A stretch of 29,924 nt of DNA, taken from the NCBI GenBank assembly GCA_964365575.1, contig CAYIQH010000001.1:1-29924 (forward strand), written 5' to 3'. The stretch comes from an uncultured Planctomycetia bacterium (GTDB taxonomy: Bacteria > Omnitrophota > Gorgyraeia > JAHIPI01). Both the position numbers and the translations under genes were made by a program. Of this stretch, positions 26,121-29,924 are shown one piece after another. Under the pieces are notes generated by a model, which saw nothing but the letters and a program-made list of their open reading frames with translations, was not told where the DNA came from and searched no databases. Positions within the stretch are counted from its first letter, which is position 1, and every line of letters starts with the position of its first letter.

Positions 26121-29100
26121 CTTTTTTGACTGGGCTAAATTTCAGATAATCCCATATTATCCAATCACAGCCTGCAAGCCATTCTAAACTTATGACATTT
26201 TCGCCTTCTTTTAAACTATTTTTTGGTATTCTAACACATAGGGACTCTTTGGCAGTAGTTATGTTATATGTGCCATTATCCTTATCATTCACCAGAACTT
26301 TAAAGAAGGTGCCCGACATCTTAGGTTGGCTGTCTATAGGTTGGATGTCAAATGGTTTGATAAAAAGTCCGTAATCGTTGTTAAGCATATCTTTGCTTAA
26401 GTAAAACTTAATATTGGTAATCGGATCTTGAATTGAAATTGCCCTCTCAAATTTCTTAAAATTTTCGCCTACTGTATAGTCATCCGATACATCCATCTCA
26501 TGCGAGAATTCTTTGAAAAAACCGTCATCACCTCCTATCTCCCAGCTTTCAGATGGTTTTTTAACATCATTTATTGGCTCAAATTTAAGATAGTCCCAAG
26601 TCAGCCATTGCCCGCCTGCGAGCCACTTAAGCGATAAAACATTTTCACCTTCTCTCAGGCCTTTATCAATATAGATGGTAAACGTAGTTCCGTCTTTATA
26701 TGGACAACTTAATGTTTCGATAAGAGCATTGTTCAATAGCACTTCAAAATTTACATATTTATAATTTCGCACATCCCAGTTGCATGCATAAATAGAAAAA
26801 ACATAGCTTCTATTCAAATCATCCTTTGTAAGGAAAAAATGGATATTCGTTACAGGATCAAGCATAGTTATGGCACGCTCGAATTTCTCAATAGGATCGC
26901 CTACGTAATAATCATCCTGAATGTAGGCTTGATCCAGGAATTCATCATTAGAGTCGTTCCGGACGCCTATCTCCCATGGCATCTGCGGTTCTTTGTAGTC
27001 CGGTATACCTTTTAAGTGTTTCGAAATAACAAAATTATCAATATAAAATGTAGCACCTTCCCTATTATGACCATAGCATAACTTCATATAGCCGATAGAA
27101 TCGTAATCCGCTATTATCAGCTTTTCAACTATCTTATTAGCCGTGTATTTTTTCAGCATACCATATAAGTCGAATTCGGCATGGTGCCAGCTATTATCGG
27201 GGACGATACCGTCAATTTTTCCCATCTTCACCATGTTTAGTCGTTCATGAACTTTATCATCATCGGTAAATTGAATGTCATACCATCTTTTTCCTGCCTT
27301 CACCAAAAAATTGATTTTGACATCCTTCGATATCTTATAATCAAAACTTACTATAGGATATTTTTCTGCATCGTATGAGATGCTTCTGACTATCGCCCCG
27401 AAACTGCCGCCGTATTTTTTGTTTTCAAGCTTAAGACAAAAACTTTTATCTTCTCTCGCTTCGTTATCCAGCGTGAGCGTTACCCCTTCTTCGCCGTCCA
27501 AGTTTTCCCACTCGCCAAAACCATCTTCAAAAGTATCCTGCGTTAAACATAAATTCTGCGGTAAAAGCGCTTTGGCCTGCAGCGAAATAATATCTTTTTT
27601 CGTCTTTACATTAATAGCCTTTTTGCTGTCGGCCAAAGATTCGATAATAATACTCTCACCGATATTTCTGGCGGCTAACGTCTTCTCAGCAAAGTCTGTT
27701 TTGTCGGATAGTTTGACTACTGCCCTATAGCAAGCCGTATTAAAGCCCGTTTCTAGCAAAAGTACTTTCATGCCGCGTGGGTCGGTTAATGAGCTCTTGA
27801 TAAGTATAGGTGCGGCATTGATGGAATTCCTATCGGCATCGTCGCCAGTAAGTTCTATGAAAAGCGATTCGCCCGTAGTTATTTCTTTATTACCTAAATC
27901 CTCTTTGAAATCCGAATCTTTCAATTTAAGGGATTTTATTTTTTTCGGGTTTTTTATAATCAGGCTTACGGTAACAATATTTGACGAGGGGCTTGTATTT
28001 CCGAACTCATCAACAGTTTTAGCCATAACCTTGCTCTCGCCGAAATCAAGCACCGCTTTGCTCAGTTTAAAAATACCTGTTTTTTTATCGCTTATGGCCT
28101 CGCCGATTTCTTTATTCTTTACATAAACTTTTACTTTCTGAGCAGGCTCGGCCTCGCCAGAAATATCTATAATATTAAAGTGGATTTCTTTGGGTAAGTC
28201 ATAAAGGATGGGGGCCGTAATGTCTTTTCTCCTTTCAAAAACTGCATAATAGGCATAGAGTTTTTGGGTACCTTTAAGCTCTGCGGTCAAAGACTGGTCA
28301 TCTTTGTTTTGGATAGTCGGCAAATACTCCCAAATTCGTAACTCAGGATTATACGCATATATGCCAATACGTGCCGTATCTTTTACAGTGCTCAAATCAT
28401 GCTGCAGTGCAAGATGAGCCGGCCTCCCGAAATCCACGCCTTCCGGCTCTATTTCGTAAATTGAGCTTATTAATTCATACCCTTCTTTTTCTCCCAAAGT
28501 AGCAAGATAACTTTTTCCCATATCTTTTATGTTAAAAAGAAGGAAGGGCATTTTTATGGAGTGCTCTTCGAATGCCAGGGTTACTTTTTTATTAACACTT
28601 TCGACTTCTCCGCCATAAACGAACGAGACGACGGTTCCTATATCTATATTTACTTCATCAACGGCTTTATTTCCTTTATCGTCGAATGCGGTAAGTCGCA
28701 ATATATATGGTCCTGACAGGTCCATATCCGTATCGTAATAATAGTATTCCTTTAATCCTGTATCCCAGGTAGTTAAATTGCCGTGCAACGTTTCATCGCC
28801 TATAGCCAAGTCTTCTATTCGCGTTTTGTCTGCTTTTGGTATTGTCGACTCTTCAATTTTTGTCCATTCATTTGGCGGGTCCTGTTGCGCATATTCTACA
28901 ATATATTTTTTGAAATTTCTTCCGCACGCTACTCCGAATACAGGCACTTGCGCCCTCACTAACGTACCGCTTTTAGGAACGTTGATCTTTGCAATAAGGT
29001 GATTCACTTTGGTCGGAAATGTTTCTACCTTTGTGTCGTTTATATAACATTCAATCTCATACAAACCGTCTTTGACGTATTCACATTTACTATCCTTGCC

Positions 29101-29388
29101 ATCCCATACAACCGCATATTCGCCGGGCAATTGGTTGGCGGTATCTTCCAAAAGCACGACGGGTTTGCCATCTTGGACAAGTTTGATTAAAATAGAACTG
29201 GAAGTTTTTAGGGCGTAATAGATCGTGACATCGCCTAATATATCATCCGTTGCTCCCGGCGAGATCAAGTCAGATGATATCTTAAAATTATACGACGGGG
29301 ATGGGACAGACAGCTCATTTATAGAAATGGGAAATGCACTTGAAGTCGATATCAATAAAGAAAGGACAATAAGAAGGGCTCTAAGCAT
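26107..29388 (-). CDS. Large secreted multi-domain protein (FlgD-Ig, Ig-like, ZU5-like, CBM-like and two tandem PL4-domain-III-like modules)
   Basis: Signal peptide; GEYAVVWDGKD...DGLY (FlgD-Ig); LTTWDT...GPYILRLTAFD (Ig); YEIEPEGVDFGRPAHL (ZU5-like); DTFEDGFGEW...KYPIVSFDYKI (CBM-like); two WEIG...EF...FERAI repeats 144 aa apart. Confidence 0.65.
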   Translation of the reverse strand: MLRALLIVLSLLISTSSAFPISINELSVPSPSYNFKISSDLISPGATDDILGDVTIYYALKTSSSILIKLVQDGKPVVLLEDTANQLPGEYAVVWDGKDSKCEYVKDGLYEIECYINDTKVETFPTKVNHLIAKINVPKSGTLVRAQVPVFGVACGRNFKKYIVEYAQQDPPNEWTKIEESTIPKADKTRIEDLAIGDETLHGNLTTWDTGLKEYYYYDTDMDLSGPYILRLTAFDDKGNKAVDEVNIDIGTVVSFVYGGEVESVNKKVTLAFEEHSIKMPFLLFNIKDMGKSYLATLGEKEGYELISSIYEIEPEGVDFGRPAHLALQHDLSTVKDTARIGIYAYNPELRIWEYLPTIQNKDDQSLTAELKGTQKLYAYYAVFERRKDITAPILYDLPKEIHFNIIDISGEAEPAQKVKVYVKNKEIGEAISDKKTGIFKLSKAVLDFGESKVMAKTVDEFGNTSPSSNIVTVSLIIKNPKKIKSLKLKDSDFKEDLGNKEITTGESLFIELTGDDADRNSINAAPILIKSSLTDPRGMKVLLLETGFNTACYRAVVKLSDKTDFAEKTLAARNIGESIIIESLADSKKAINVKTKKDIISLQAKALLPQNLCLTQDTFEDGFGEWENLDGEEGVTLTLDNEAREDKSFCLKLENKKYGGSFGAIVRSISYDAEKYPIVSFDYKISKDVKINFLVKAGKRWYDIQFTDDDKVHERLNMVKMGKIDGIVPDNSWHHAEFDLYGMLKKYTANKIVEKLIIADYDSIGYMKLCYGHNREGATFYIDNFVISKHLKGIPDYKEPQMPWEIGVRNDSNDEFLDQAYIQDDYYVGDPIEKFERAITMLDPVTNIHFFLTKDDLNRSYVFSIYACNWDVRNYKYVNFEVLLNNALIETLSCPYKDGTTFTIYIDKGLREGENVLSLKWLAGGQWLTWDYLKFEPINDVKKPSESWEIGGDDGFFKEFSHEMDVSDDYTVGENFKKFERAISIQDPITNIKFYLSKDMLNNDYGLFIKPFDIQPIDSQPKMSGTFFKVLVNDKDNGTYNITTAKESLCVRIPKNSLKEGENVISLEWLAGCDWIIWDYLKFSPVKKDEKL

Positions 29389-29389
29389 G

Positions 29390-29924
29390 CTATTTAAACA
29401 CCGCGCCTGACGCTATGGCGCGAGGGGTTTCTTTGGCGATAAGCGCTTCTACAAAGGCGTTGGCTCCTTTTATAATCGCCGAGATTTGCGCATCTTTGGC
29501 ACTTTTAAGTCTTTCAACAGCCTGAGCTATCAGTTGATTATTTAATCGGTTATTCTCTTTTTCTATCCGGCTTATCGATTCCTGAGGAGCTTTATTTTCC
29601 CTTAAAGCCTGGATGGTATTTATATTGTTGCCGAATTCCGATTCCATTTTGCTGATAAGCTTTTGCTTTTCAGCTTCAAAATTATCCTCGATCGCAACTA
29701 CCCTTATGATATCCTCGTTTATTCTTTGATTTACGATCTTATTAATGTTGTCAAGCAGGGCGCGATATTCACTAGACAAATAATCCGGCAATAAATACTG
29801 ATAGGCAATAAGAGTCCTATAATTATATGGCGCGTCCTCTACTTTTTTCAATAAAGAAGTATCCATATTTGCGTTCAATAGCCGAGTGGCAATGCAATAT
29901 CCGTATTGTTCGAATTTTCTCTTG
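29390..29924 (-). CDS. Hypothetical protein, 5'-truncated, with a coiled-coil C-terminus
   Basis: The frame of the 29390-29878 ORF stays open to the window edge (KRKFEQYGYCIATRLLNANMD...), so the TTG at 29878 is probably not the real start. Confidence 0.6.
   Translation of the reverse strand, partial: KRKFEQYGYCIATRLLNANMDTSLLKKVEDAPYNYRTLIAYQYLLPDYLSSEYRALLDNINKIVNQRINEDIIRVVAIEDNFEAEKQKLISKMESEFGNNINTIQALRENKAPQESISRIEKENNRLNNQLIAQAVERLKSAKDAQISAIIKGANAFVEALIAKETPRAIASGAVFK

Noticed and set aside
9024-29410. Many other short plus-strand ORFs and out-of-frame minus-strand ORFs (for example 9741-10244, 13564-13746, 14609-14857, 17117-17332, 19760-20257, 22697-23164)
   Set aside because: All lie within well-supported minus-strand genes and show no motifs.

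Overview
All credible genes in this 29.9-kb window lie on the minus strand. Gene content and order suggest a PVC-superphylum bacterium, most likely Omnitrophota (inference only). In transcription order (right to left) there are four blocks. (1) 29924-25110: an AT-richer secreted-glycan locus with a 5'-truncated coiled-coil ORF, a 1093-aa multi-domain FlgD-Ig/Ig/CBM-like protein and a clan GH-A hydrolase whose acid/base motif reads ND instead of NE. (2) 24888-22322: a two-gene nucleotidyltransferase (DUF6036-like)/partner module resembling a type IV toxin-antitoxin pair, plus a secreted beta-propeller-like protein. (3) 22217-11539: a tightly coupled operon behind a consensus sigma70 promoter. 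It encodes an excisionase-type HTH, a PilM-PilN fusion interrupted by an apparent 1-nt deletion, Amuc_1100/PilO-like and PilP-like proteins, a secretin apparently split into one TPR+STN N-module and two paralogous secretin cores with their own signal peptides, a YbjQ-like protein, and two HEXXH peptidase paralogs flanking a non-canonical STT3/DPY19-like GT-C enzyme. (4) 11542-1: housekeeping genes polA-coaE-rho-rpmE-prfA-prmC-murA-rpsP-trmD-rplS-rnhB-fhs (partial), whose intergenic spaces carry three copies of a paired-palindrome REP-like element and an inverted heptamer array. No rRNA, tRNA, CRISPR array or transposase was found. The best candidate for an undescribed system is the split, duplicated secretin operon with its GT-C/peptidase tail. 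All family calls come from motif recognition by eye, with no database searches.
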